From Felis catus (taxonomy: Eukaryota), in NCBI RefSeq assembly GCF_018350175.1, contig NC_058368.1, positions 235,850,001-235,914,000 of the forward strand: 64,000 bases of DNA. Direction: 5' to 3'. Position numbers and translations under genes: made by a program. Below are positions 26,053-37,662 of the stretch, one piece after another (the first letter of the stretch is position 1; every line of letters starts with the position of its first letter). The notes beneath the pieces were generated by a model, which saw only the letters and a list, made by a program, of their open reading frames with translations, did not search any database and was not told the origin of the DNA.

Positions 26053-27513
26053 AAGAATAGGTGTTGAATTTTGTCAATTGGTTTTTTTTATATCAATTTA
26101 TTCATCATATATTTTTACTTTCTTACCCTGTTGGTACATTACATTAATTGATTTTCAAATGTTTAATCAGCCTTGCACACTTGAAATAAATCTTTCTTTG
26201 TAATAGTGTATAGTTATTTTTATAAATTGTTGGATTTAATTTGCCAATATTTTGTCTCTATTAGAAATATTGGTCTGTAGTTGTTCTTTTTGTAATTTTT
26301 TAGATGGTTTTGGTTTTATAGTAATGGTGGCCTGACATAATGAATGATAAATTGTCTCCTTTGTTTCTGTTGTTGGACACAATTTTGGAGAATTTATGTG
26401 ATTTCCTACTTTAAATTTAATAGAATTTAATGTGAAACATTCAAAGCCTAGTGATTTCTTTCTTTCTTTTTTTTGGAGCGTTATTAATTATTGATCAATT
26501 TCTTTAATAGAGGCCTTTTTCTATTATTAATTTATGTTGTGTGAGTTTTTATGGTTTATGTCTCCTAAGTAATTGGTCCATGTTATAATTTTTTTCTAAT
26601 ATTCCTTTATTATTATTTTATTACCCAGCAGATCAGTGGTAATGACCCTTCTTTCATTTTGGTATTAACAAATCATTCACCTCTTTTCATCTTTGTTATC
26701 CTGGCTAGAATGTCATCAATCTTATCAGTCCTTTCAAAAACAGTTTTGGTTTCATTGACTTACCTTGTTGTTTTCCCATTTATAATTTCATTTGTATCTA
26801 CCTTAATTTTTATTGTTTCTCTCTTCTGCTTGCTTTATTGATTTTTTAAATTGTTTTATTTATTTAAATTACTTTATTTATTTTTTAAATTGTTCTTCCT
26901 CTGGCTTATGAAGATGGAAGGTTATGTTACTTATTTTACGCATTTTCCCCTGATATAATCACGGAATGCTATAAATTGTCCTCTAAATACTGCTTTCACT
27001 GCATCACACACATTTTGGTAAGTTGCTTTTTCTTTTTCATTTAGATCAAATATTTTTATATGCCTGTTGAGGCTTTTTATTTGACCCATGTGTTATTTAG
27101 ATGTGTGGTTTTGAATCACCAAAACTTGTAATGGTTGTTTCAGAATTTGCAGTATGCATTTACATCTAAGTCTACGTTCATATAACATTTTGGTTCGCAG
27201 GTAACTCATAATTCAATACTCAGATTTCTTGCTTCTCAATGTTAGAAGGAAATAACATTGCTGTCATGCGTTACACTCATCCACATGCCATTGTCACCCA
27301 GCACATTTTCACTGCTATTACTTTGAAGAGTTATGTATTATATTAACAATAAGAAAAAATAAAATATTATATTTGCCTTAATTTATTCTTTTTCTGATGA
27401 ACTACCTTTCCTTATGTATGTGCGAATTACTGGCTTAAATAACCTCTTTTATCTCTGAAGAACTTGTAACATTTCTTATAAAATAGGTGTTTTGACTCCA
27501 CAATACCTTTTTT

Positions 27514-27761
27514 TTTTCTTTTTTTTTTTCTTTTTTTTTTTTTAATTTTTTTTTCAACGTTTTTAATTTTATTTTTGGGACAGAGAGAGACAGAGCATGA
27601 ACGGGGGAGGGGCAGAGAGAGAGGGAGACACAGAATCGGAAACAGGCTCCAGGCTCCGAGCCATCAGCCCAGAGCCTGATGCGGGGCTCGAACTCACGGA
27701 CCGCGAGATCGTGACCTGGCCGAAGTCGGACGCTTAACCGACTGCGCCACCCAGGCGCCCC
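27514..27761 (-). mobile_element. Very young SINEC_Fc
   Basis: Near-consensus, CpGs largely intact, long A tail; TSD CACAATACCTTTTTT. Confidence 0.98.
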
Positions 27762-28399
27762 CACAATACCTTTTTTGCTTGCCTGAAAAAAAAATGTTTG
27801 TTTCTACTTCAGTTTTGAATGGTAAATTTACACAATGCGGATTTCTAGATGGTTGGATTTTTTTTCATTTAACACTTTGAACATTTCACTCCACTCTCTT
27901 CTCACTTGCGTGACTTCTGAGAAGTCTCATGTAATTTTATTCTTGCCCCACTATAGGTGAAGCATTTCTTTCCTCTGGCTTCATTCAAGATTTTCTCTTT
28001 GCCTTTGTTTGTTTGTTTTTTTTTTTTTTTTTCCAGTTTGAATATGCCTACTTGCAGGTTTTTGGACATTTATTCTGCTTGGAGTTCTCTGAACTTCCTC
28101 GGTCTGCGATTTTGTGTGTGTCATTAATTTTGGATACTTTTTAGATAGTATTAATGTGAGTACTACTTCTGGTACTTCTCTCTTTTTTCTCTGCCCAGTG
28201 TTCTCATTAAGCGTGTCATATACTTTTCAGAATTCCTCCAATGTTCTTGGATATTCTGTCCTATTTGTTTTCATTATTTTTTCTCTTTGCATTTCAGTGT
28301 GGGAAGTTTCTATTAACATGTTCAAACTCACTGGCCCTTTTGCTCTGCCTGTCCTGTGAGCTTTACTTCTAAGAATATGTACCTGGGATTCTCTTGGGA

Positions 28400-28711
28400 G
28401 AAATAACACCGGACAAATTTATCTTTGGGTTCAGGATCCAAAAGGTCTGGCCCTTGATATGCCTTTACACTGGTGAGGGAGTGTAAGAGCACAGGTGCTT
28501 GGCCCAAGAATAGACAAACTCAGAGCATAAGTTGAACTTTACAGCTCCCTGAAGGTTTAGGCTGAGCCTTAAAAGAAACTATCATTTGGCTCTTCCCATT
28601 CTGTCTCTGACCTCCCCACTCTCTTAAGTGTTTTCAGAGAGGAATTCCTTAATGAATCACTTGCACGTGATTCCTTATTTTAGGACCTGCTTCGGGGAAC
28701 ACAATCTGACA
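28400..28711 (+). mobile_element. ERVL-type LTR fragment (LTR16/LTR33-like)
   Basis: 3' end TTCCTTAATGAATCACTTGCAC...GGACCTGCTTCGGGGAACACAATCTGACA resembles ERVL LTR termini. Confidence 0.6.
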
Positions 28712-28892
28712 TTGGGCCAATGATGTCTCATTATTTTATTAGATATGTGATCCTTTTAAAAAGTTTTTTTTTCTTTTTTATGTTGTCTAGCTTTTGATTT
28801 GTTTTCAGCAGGAAGTAGGGGCCAAATTACCCAGTACACTCTTGGCAAGTAAAAGTCTACATATAGCTTTTCTCAACTTGATGGCATTATCT

Positions 28893-29007
28893 ATCTTCTT
28901 ATTCTTTTTTTTTTTTTAAGCACACTTTACACCCAGTGTGGGGCTTGAACTCATGGCCCCGAGATGAAGAGTTGCATGCTCTACCAACTGAGCCAGCCAA
29001 GCACCCC
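28893..29007 (-). mobile_element. Short tRNA(Lys)-like SINE (old CanSINE head-only type)
   Basis: Sense GGGGTGCTTGGCTGGCTCAGTTGGTAGAGCATGCAACTCTT...GAGTTCAAGCCCCACACTGGGTG plus poly(A), no CT tract; TSD TGATGGCATTATCT / TGATGGCATCACCT. Confidence 0.9.
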
Positions 29008-29027
29008 TGATGGCATCACCTTGAACA

Positions 29028-29143
29028 TTCTGAGCAACACTCCGGGTTTGCTCAGGACTGTTTTGTCCTGGTTTTACCATTGACAATCCCGTGTCCAGAG
29101 AAACCACTCAGTTCTGGGCAAACAAGAATATTTGGTGTCCTTA
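29028..29143. mobile_element. MER81-like hAT-Blackjack MITE
   Basis: GGTTTGCTCAGGACT...GTCCTGGTTTTA...CTCAGTTCTGGGCAAAC, with internal inverted symmetry matching the recalled MER81 consensus. Confidence 0.7.
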
Positions 29144-29152
29144 GCCAATATA

Positions 29153-29218
29153 CAAAATAAAATAAAATAAAATAAAATAAAATAAAATAAAAGAGAGAGA
29201 GAGAGAAACACACACACA
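29153..29218. repeat. (TAAAA)n + (GA)n + (CA)n compound microsatellite
   Basis: Directly visible. Confidence 0.9.
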
Positions 29219-29806
29219 TGAACAAAAACAGACAAACAAAACTTCTCTAACTAGGGCAATTGGGAGCTGTGCCTGCTTGGTACAGGCAGAGCCTTTTTCT
29301 CTCCTTTATGTATGTTAGTTCCAACTGTGTTCTTTATTCTGCCTCCCTGTTTGTTGTGAGAATGTGGTCACTACCTCTTTGCTGGTCTTCCCAATGTCTC
29401 TGCTAAATAATCTAAATCTCATTCCTACTAATGAAAACTGAAACATTTCTCTTGTACACTAAAATGGATTTTACTTGCAACCAGTTCTATTCAACAAAAA
29501 CATCTAGACTTAGAACGGACCCAGGATAGATCTGGGATCTCTGTTGTTGAAGTTTGGCACCTTGTGATTACAGCAGTAGGTATCACTGTGGCTCTTTTAG
29601 ACAATTCATAGTCTTGCCTCTCTCTCCCTTTTTAACCTCATGTTCCTGGGACAAAAACTAAGTGGACAGCATGTGCCAGCTGTGTACCTGGATGGTTCTA
29701 CTCTGGGAAGGGGATGGAGTTCCATGACACAGACATAAGTGATACCGGGGGTCTAATCCCATGCATTAGGGTGAGCCAGGCAAATATCTCTACAATACCT
29801 CCCAGA

Positions 29807-29978
29807 CCACTGGTTCTCAAAGCATGGTCTCCAGGCTGCAGTATCATGAGTGTCCCCTGGGCATGTGCTAGAAACAAATTCTTGAGCTCTACTCCAGACC
29901 TACTAGATAAGAAAGTCAGGGTTGGGGCCAAACAAGTCCTTCTGATGGTCTCATTGCATCGACAGCTTGAGAACCCAT
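29807..29978. mobile_element. MER5A-like hAT-Charlie MITE
   Basis: Inverted termini TGGTTCTCAA...TTGAGAACC; internal AGAAACAAATTCTTGAG...CCAGACCTACT. Confidence 0.85.
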
Positions 29979-29999
29979 CTTCCAGAGGATACTTATGAC

Positions 30000-31735
30000 T
30001 TCATCACCCTGCCGCTAACATCCTACATTCCGTTTTACCATAGACTAAGAAGAGAAGATTTTTTTTCTCAATAATGAAGAACAGAGAACTATGACCCCAC
30101 CCCCTGTGATAGTGATCACCACCTCAGCCAACAAGTGGCCTTCTATAGAGTAGTACATAAGAACAACATGGGCCAAGAAACAGAGCCATTCCAGAACTTC
30201 CTGAGGCTGACTGCTCCTGGAAATTTCAGTGTGTGAAACAACCAGTGGATCCTGTGCTCCATGGCCCTTCTCCATACTTCCTTGTTGTAAAGTAGGTTTC
30301 TTGATCAGATTCTGTGTTGTGTGGGATTAGGCAATCCATATTTCCCTGGAGAATGGGACTGATTGAGGATCTACTGGCTGGAAAGACAAATATTTACCTG
30401 TAGTAGGTAGCTATTTCTGTGAGGACAAACCTCTGGCCATTGCAGAATGGAAGACGTCCGTTGGAGTCTATTTGCCAGACCACATCGTGGCTGGTTGGTC
30501 TCCTCAAGGAATACTGCCATACCGGGGTGTCAGTGTTGGTCTTTGTCCCTCGAATGTTGGACAGTCAGTAGCTAAATCAGCTTTGGTAAGTTCTGTCCCA
30601 TGCTGGGTCCACATAACCTCCATCTTTACAATCATGAAGTCTATTCATATGCCTATTTTTTCAAATTCCATGTTGACTAATGATGATGGCTAGTTAAAGC
30701 TGACTGCTGAGTTATTTTGTCTACTTAGGTGTTCAATGTTTCTTCCATGGTAGACACCTTCCCACTGAACACTAGTATGTCATACAAATATCTTCACATA
30801 TCATGCTTGACCCTGTGTATACATACATTGATTTGCCTTAATCAGAGCTCTTTGCCTATAATATTCAAATTCTTTTTCTTTCCGGCCCCAACTGTCAGGC
30901 TGTTGGAAGCTGTTCAGAATTAAGTATGCATTCTCATATTGCTCTACTTTCCTCCCACATGAAGTCACAATTCTACTCATTGGGAAGATTTTCTTTCTCT
31001 CCTGTCTACTTTGGACATCCCAGGATGTGATTGTTGTGGCTGACATTTGTTTTCAGCTTGCATTCATATCCTAAGCCATCCCATCGTTTAGCTGGTCATA
31101 TGGGACCACTGTAGAGTTATACAAAGGCACTGGGGTGAGGGTGTTCCTGCCAACAAGGCAGATGGCCATTGGTTCTGGGTTACCTGGTCATGAAACTCAC
31201 ACATGCCTTCTGGTCCTGTTTGCCTTCATCCTGGATGTCACATTCACATTTTACAACAAATTGTTATGGTACTCATATACATTTGTGATATGGTAGGGGT
31301 GACAGAACCCGACTTATAAGGCACAGTCTGGATTCACAGTATCTTTCTTTCCCATAGCCAAGTGGTCCACCTACCAGAGCCCAGTAATATACTAAGAGCT
31401 CTATCAAGAAGCATATCGTTTTCTGTTGCAGATGCTATGGCTCCAGAATCTCAGGGTCATATGTTGGGATTCTCCCATCAGGGCTTTCCATAAACATGAC
31501 CTGCACCTTTCCCCACTGCTAATGCCTCCAACCCATAATGTCTTCTGTGTCATAGAGTCTGAATGTAAGGGCTGCTCGGACCACAGTCTGATCTTCTAAA
31601 GGTACCATTTTTGATCTGCCACCACTCAAAGCAATTAACGCTTGGGCTACGTTGACCTTCCTGGGTGTGGAAGGCACAATCTCCAGAACCCACAAAGTTT
31701 ACCATGCTTTGTGCTTTTTTTTTTTTTGTAATAGG
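30000..31735 (-). mobile_element. pol: Decayed ERV-L internal pol fragment (RT thumb, RNase H, integrase)
   Basis: Manual minus-strand translation of ~30590-30380: LTKADLATDCPTFEGQRPTLTPRYGSIP*GDQPAT, then after a frameshift WQIDSNGRLPFCNGQRFVLTEIATY, matching ERV-L integrase. Near 31700: KAQSMVNF / GFWRLCLPHPG, matching the RT thumb. Confidence 0.9.
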
Positions 31736-32165
31736 AGTGTTCTACTCACTGTCCAGTCTGTATGATGTCAGCCATGCAATGGACCAGTGTGACGGTCTCT
31801 AGGCACGCCACTGCTCTGAGGCTTGTGAAGCTGGAGATAGGTAAGCAGAGAGGAGCACTGAGTCTGAGTAGTGGCCAGTTTCCCTCCTGACTGTTCTCTT
31901 TGCAACATCATCTGTCTGCTCGGAGACTTTGCTTAGAGGCACCATTGGAACAAGAGGTCTTGGAGGTAGGAGAAAAGGGTCCATCCCAGCCCCGGAAGTT
32001 CCACCCACTCTGAGCCCTGGGTATTCTTATGTGATTTTGTTGGAGATAGAAAGTTCCTGTTGTGATCCACAGTCTCAGGGATGGGTCAGCTGACCTGTCC
32101 CTTAAGATTGCACTCTATCTGAACACACTGATAATGCGCTGACCCCCGTACACATTCCCGACTCC

Positions 32166-32182
32166 TTCCCTAGAGGGCGCTG
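32166..32182 (+). promoter_or_regulatory. Candidate CTCF core motif
   Basis: TCCCTAGAGGGCGCTG versus consensus CCACTAGAGGGCGC (2 mismatches at the 5' side). Confidence 0.3.
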
Positions 32183-32284
32183 TATGTGCCTTTGTTCCCA
32201 CCAGTTTTCTCCCCGTTTTCATAACGTGTTCTTATACTCAATGAAATAAAAAATGCTCACAACGGACTGGGTCTTTCATCTGTC

Positions 32285-32395
32285 TGAACATCAGTTTCTG
32301 CATGTCTGGAATGGGAATAATCATACTGGTAAAATAATAAAATGAGTTTGAACACATATTACAACCTGTAAGCTCTAAAATGCTGGCTATCATCA
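32285..32395 (+). mobile_element. MIR fragment
   Basis: TCAGTTTCTGCATGTCTGGAATGGGAATAAT core and GTAAGCTCTAAAATGCTGGCTAT end. Confidence 0.6.
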
Positions 32396-35300
32396 GTAGA
32401 AGAGACGAATAGAGAGTTCTCTATCATGAAACACAAGGAACACTACTTTGGTCACCCTGCAAACTAACCTGATTGTTTTCCCTTTATTATCCAAGTTTTG
32501 TTGTGTATGTGGAATGGGGGAACTTAGGAGTATCTGGGTCTGTTCATGAAGCAGCGTCCACATAGGACAGTTGCACCGAGGCAGCTGACAGATGATGGAG
32601 TGCAGGAGGTGGTTGGAGCCTCCACTAAAGGGAAGGAGTGAGTGAGCAGAGTTGGCTCCTCAGTCTTGTGAGCCACAAGGCATCTGGTTGGTGAGGACTG
32701 ACTGGCTGGCATCAGTCACACTGCCTTCCCCAGACCTCCTGTCAAAGCCACCTTGGTGCTGGTGTCAGTGTCCACACCGTCCTCCATCTCGGGATCCCAG
32801 GGTCAGATCCTTGTTCAAGGTCTTGTCTCATCACTTCCCCTCTGCCTTCCAAGCATCCCTGGCCCTCCTCCATGCCGACCCCTTCCCCACCCAGCTCTGG
32901 CCCTGATCTTCTGTGCCTTGTACCCCTTCACCCTATCCTCCTAAGGCTCATCCCTTTGGAGTCTCCAGAGCCACGTCTGAAAGAAGAAAAGCAAAACAGT
33001 ATTGCCTTGTGTGATCTCTTTACATTTCTGCCCAAACAGTCTAGTTTTCCTGGAGACCATAAGAATGCTTCTAGATAAACTGAGGCAAGGTCAGAAATTA
33101 CAGAAAACTGGAAGGTTGCTATTATAAATGCTTAAGATGTCATGAAAATGCCCACATGGTGACGGTGGCCGTAAAAGTAACCTCACGTGCCCAAATCAGG
33201 CTTAACCCTGGGTGACTCAGTCCCAGGAGCCTGTTCGGTAGAGCGTGTTCTCAGAGCCAGCCTTGACTTGACAGAGGCAGCCTGGCCTTGACAACTAACA
33301 CGCGTGCTGTGTTCCATGGAAAGCTTCTCAGGGATTTCTATCATCTTCGTTTTCTTTATGGTCGTTCCCCTTTTCTCTCTTATTTTCCACTTTAATAGAG
33401 ACCACAGCCTAGAGCCCACGGGCTCTATGAACAAACAATCGTATAGGAGAATAAAGGCTCAGAGACATCTGCAAGGCACATGCGACTTCAACTCTTGCGG
33501 CCACTTCTGCCTCTGAATAGATCCCTCCTCTGCTAATAGATTTAAAGGGGCCAATTGACTCATATTTTATGTTCATTAGCAAGCCCTGGATCAATGTAGT
33601 GAAACTACATTTTCTTTGCTAAAAGACCCTTATTTGACACTCGCTGGCCGCTCGATGACGGACTTCATTAACGTGAGTTCGGTTAGTCGGTCACGTATTC
33701 TCATCTTAACCCTCTCCCCCAACTCTCTCTGTATATTAAAGCTATTTGAGACAAAAGGCACCGCGTGCTCCCCTTTTCCACATCCACGAATACACACAGG
33801 CCGTCCCCCTCACAGAGAAGCCGCATCAGGTCCTGGGTGAGGGCTGGCATTTTCATGTAAATGGCAAGTTTTATATCAATGTCAGATTAGCTGCGAGGTT
33901 GTTTAAACACTGAAATCTTCTGACCAGTTGACAAGACAGGATTTCCAGGAAGAAGGCGACATTTCTGAGGCGTCCGTATCTTGGAGGTTTTGATGTATTA
34001 GTTGATCTTTCCCCTGATGGCTGGCGATCCAGACAGTCTTGTTAGTGTTTTAAAAGTAATGTTTTTCAAGTTCTCTTTTTTCTTGCTCTTTTCTTCTCAC
34101 TCGAGAATGATTCTGTGACCAAATTACCTATTCCAATATTAGCATTCACCGGCTGAGCTAATGGAAGTAGGAGCGCCTGGGAAGATGCCCTTGTTGCAGA
34201 GAACTGGCTTTGCATTGTGCGCATGGAACCCGCCGTACACCTGGAACATTCTCTGAGGCCAACCGCACCTCCTTTTCTCACTCATTGTCACTATCTGTGT
34301 GCTAAAAAGGTGATTCAGGACGTTGCATGGGTTTCCAGTTTATTCTTGAGAAGCTGGGGGCGATGCTCTGTGGAGAGACACAGTGATGAAGGCAGAAGGA
34401 GTAACATCCTGGTACTTTTCTGAAAGGCCATAGTGTCTTGATTACTTCCTCCCGAAAGAGGAAGAAGCAGGATTCTCCTCGGGTAGTTTGGATAGCAGGT
34501 GTCGTGTGCAGAGCACATATGCACACAGCAAATACACACAGGACGTGTGTCCAATGCCCAGCTCTGGCATCTGACCTCTTCTCCCTTCTGGATCCTAACC
34601 CTCATATCCAAGGCCTGACCAGTGTTGTTTCCCTGGTTGACTCATTGTCCCATGTGGTCGTTTTCCCCAGAGTGCAGGAAAGCCCGAAGGCACTAATTCC
34701 AACATGAATAATAAAGATAGCGTCGGTAATATGACTGTTTCCCATGTCGCCCAAATCCTTTCTCCCCTTCACCTCATAGCCCAGGTGCTTTGTGGGTAAT
34801 GAGAGCCTGCTCTCCACCAGATGGTTCTAAAACTCTTATTCCTCAACCTGAGTTTCCAAAAACAACACCCATCACCCCTGCTGCCCTCATTACTTCCACT
34901 TGCAGCTCAAGTCATATTATATGTCATTCCCCAAACATGGCCTACGGGTTCTTATGCCATTGCACCTTCAACTCCTTCCTGTCTAAATCCTCCACATTGT
35001 GCACAACCCGGGTCCAACACCCTCTTCCAGAAGCACCTTAGCTCTTGCCGGACAGTAGACATGCCTTTCCTCGCAAATGTTATAAATTCAATGTGCATGT
35101 GAACCACCTGGGTGGAGAGATGATGCCTTTCTATGCCTTTACCCTCCTATGAACCCCCTCCCCTCCCCCCACACGTAGTACGCTGTAAATGGAAGAAAGA
35201 GTAAACTAGGATGATTGGTATTTTTAAGAGATTGAAGGTTAAGAGAATATATCTCGACCGCATGTCCAAATCTGTCCTGTTCTCAAACGTAACCGGACGT

Positions 35301-36982
35301 CACTGAGGAGTCAGATGCCATTGTTTCATCCGTGGGTTCCTGTCCTGGCTTCAGAGGGTTAATCTGAACGGGAGTGTTTATAGCGAGCGCCTTTGAACAG
35401 CTCTGGGATGGAAAGCCGCTGAAAGGCTGCTAGCAGGTGCTGTGAGGCTGACTGTCAGGGCCAGACGGATGGGGACCACGCTCTACAACCGAAAAAGGCA
35501 AAGTTTTAAATAGAACATAGAATGTGCAAGAGGCTAGGTGCACAGCCGAAACATACCAGATGCAATTTGAGTTAAAATTCACATTAAAGTACCAGCATTG
35601 AGCGAGTAATCAGTGGAGAAAACCTTTGAGCTCCCCCATACTTTAGCCTGAGTGATTATTCAGGCAAATATTCTGAACCTGCATTTGAAAGCTGTTCTGA
35701 ATAAATTGTGTTTTGATAAGTATTTGCCTTGAATACCAAGTTTCCTCCCTGAAGTCAACACAGAGTGAGGACCGCCAAGTGACACGAGAGGAGAAAACTG
35801 ATTAACAGGGACCGCCATCCCTAAGCCGTTGTCGCTCGTGATGTCTCCCCCACATTTCCGTCAGTGTGGTGTGCAGGGGACAGCCCGCTTAGCTGAGCGG
35901 TGGGGGAGTCTCAAAGAATGTCAAATGCAGCTTGTGAAATACTTGGGGACCCGAGAGTCTGATGCATTTAAAGTTGCCATCATAGACTAGATTAAGACTT
36001 TAAGAAAATGTTAAAAACACACTTCAGAGTTGGTTTTGCAGATTCTACGGGGTTTAATTTGTATTGGGGCAATATAGGGTGAGCCAAGGACACGCAACAT
36101 CGTGATGTTATGTCTCCTGTGTGGTGGTACACTCCAGGGAGCGTGGCGGGGGCTGGGGTGGGGGCTGCAGCCGGACCCAAGAGGCAGCACACGCCTTGAC
36201 TCAAGTACGTCTCCGCTGATTCCTTTGGGTGACACGTTGCTGCTCAGCCATAGCGGATGTCTTTTCTGGGACACCAGAGACGAAATGAGGCCGTTGTGAG
36301 CTGACGAAATCAGGTTCGAAAACGATTCCTGATCGTGGCCCGGTTCTTTCGTTTGCTCCTTCTCATTCCAGTGCCAGACCCCTTTCCTAGATATTTGGGC
36401 ATCGACAGCTGATGTCTCTCAATTTATTATGGATTTTCAAATCAGGAGTGATATTTGTTTCTCTCGATTGAATTAAGAAGAGAAGACTTTCCCAGTGGGA
36501 ATTTGTTTAATTGAACAGAGTCCTAACATAATAGTCACAGGATTGATTACCTATAATTGGGGACAATTTGGGTCAATCCTGAGAAGTCTGCAAAGCATCC
36601 TTAGCTCCACGAGCCCCCTTGTCTGTGTCACAGCTGGCCAAGTTTAACGTTGAGTGGCAAGTTTTAATTATTAAGCTTGTGGAGGCGCTTGTGAAAAACT
36701 CTTGCTAGTCAATTATAACCCAGTTTTACTCAGTTATTGATCATCTGCTAGAGCCTAATGCTCTAACCGAATACACTCTAATACTGAGCATCTATCTATT
36801 ACACTACTGTTCTCACTGGATGCTCCCAGCTGCGGGCGACCCAAGGACACGCCATGCATGAGGCAGCTGACATGCCCAGCCCTGTGCCATTGGGAACAAT
36901 GATGTGGAAAACGTGCAACAAGGTCAGTGCAGGGGGGCAGGTCATAGTCTGGCTGGTGAAGAAACACCAGGAAGGCATCCTT

Positions 36983-37158
36983 GGGCCACCTGGGTGACTC
37001 AGTCAGTCGAGCGTCTGACTTTGGCTCAGGTCATGATCTCACAGTTCATGAGTTTGAGCCCCACTTGGATCCTCTGTCCTGCTCTCTCTCTGCCCCTCCC
37101 CAACCCATGCTTTCTCTCTCTCTCTCTCCCCAAAATAAATGATAATAATAATAATAAA
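36983..37158 (+). mobile_element. CanSINE with internal deletion
   Basis: Head and B-box present, middle segment missing, CT tract and (ATA)n tail. Confidence 0.93.
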
Positions 37159-37201
37159 AGTAAATCCTTAAAGTTTCAAAGCTCTTTCTTAAATGTCTAC
37201 T

Positions 37202-37416
37202 GTAAAAACTTTTTTTAAATATTTATTCATTTTTGAGAGAGAGACAGAGTGTGAGCAGGGAAGGAGCAGAGAGAGAGGGAGACACAAAATCCGAAGCAGG
37301 CTCCAGGCTCTGAGCTGTCAGCACAGAGCCCTACGTGGGGCTCGAACTCACAAACCACAAGATCATGACCTGAACCGAAGTCAGACGCTTAACCGACTGA
37401 GCCACCCAGGTGCCTC
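37202..37416 (-). mobile_element. CanSINE
   Basis: TSD AAATGTCTACT / AAATGTTTACT. Confidence 0.96.
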
Positions 37417-37428
37417 AAATGTTTACTT

Positions 37429-37662
37429 AAAAAAATAAGTTTATTTATTTATTTTTAGAGAGAGAGAGAGACAGAGACAGGGGGTGAGATTGAGTGGGAG
37501 AGGGAGAGAGAGAGAGAGAGAGAGAGAACAAGAGAATCCCAAGCAGACTCTGCACTTTCAGCATGGAATCCAATGCAGGGCTCGAACTCACAAACCTGAG
37601 ATCGTGACCTGAGCTGAAATCCAGAGTTGGACGCTTAACCGACTGAGCCATCCAGGCGCCTC
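37429..37662 (-). mobile_element. CanSINE
   Basis: Flanked by TGTTTACTT / TGTCTACTT. Confidence 0.96.

Larger units (their letters stand above)
22265..28355 (-). mobile_element. Long ancient L1M (L1MC-like) from 3'UTR through ORF2 towards ORF1, host to several nested insertions
   Basis: T-rich antisense L1 phrases from the 3'UTR (22265-22600) and ORF2 (22750-23430, 24370-24895, 26067-27110) to an ORF1-like part (27800-28350). Confidence 0.8.

Noticed and set aside
27435..27764. Recurring MGAPGW...RLSVRL ORF family (also 21174, 51537, 58331)
   Set aside because: Translation of the SINEC_Fc consensus, not a gene family.
28905..29007. tRNA-Lys-like gene
   Set aside because: Has a poly(A) tail, TSD and decayed stems, so it is a SINE/retrocopy rather than a functional tRNA.
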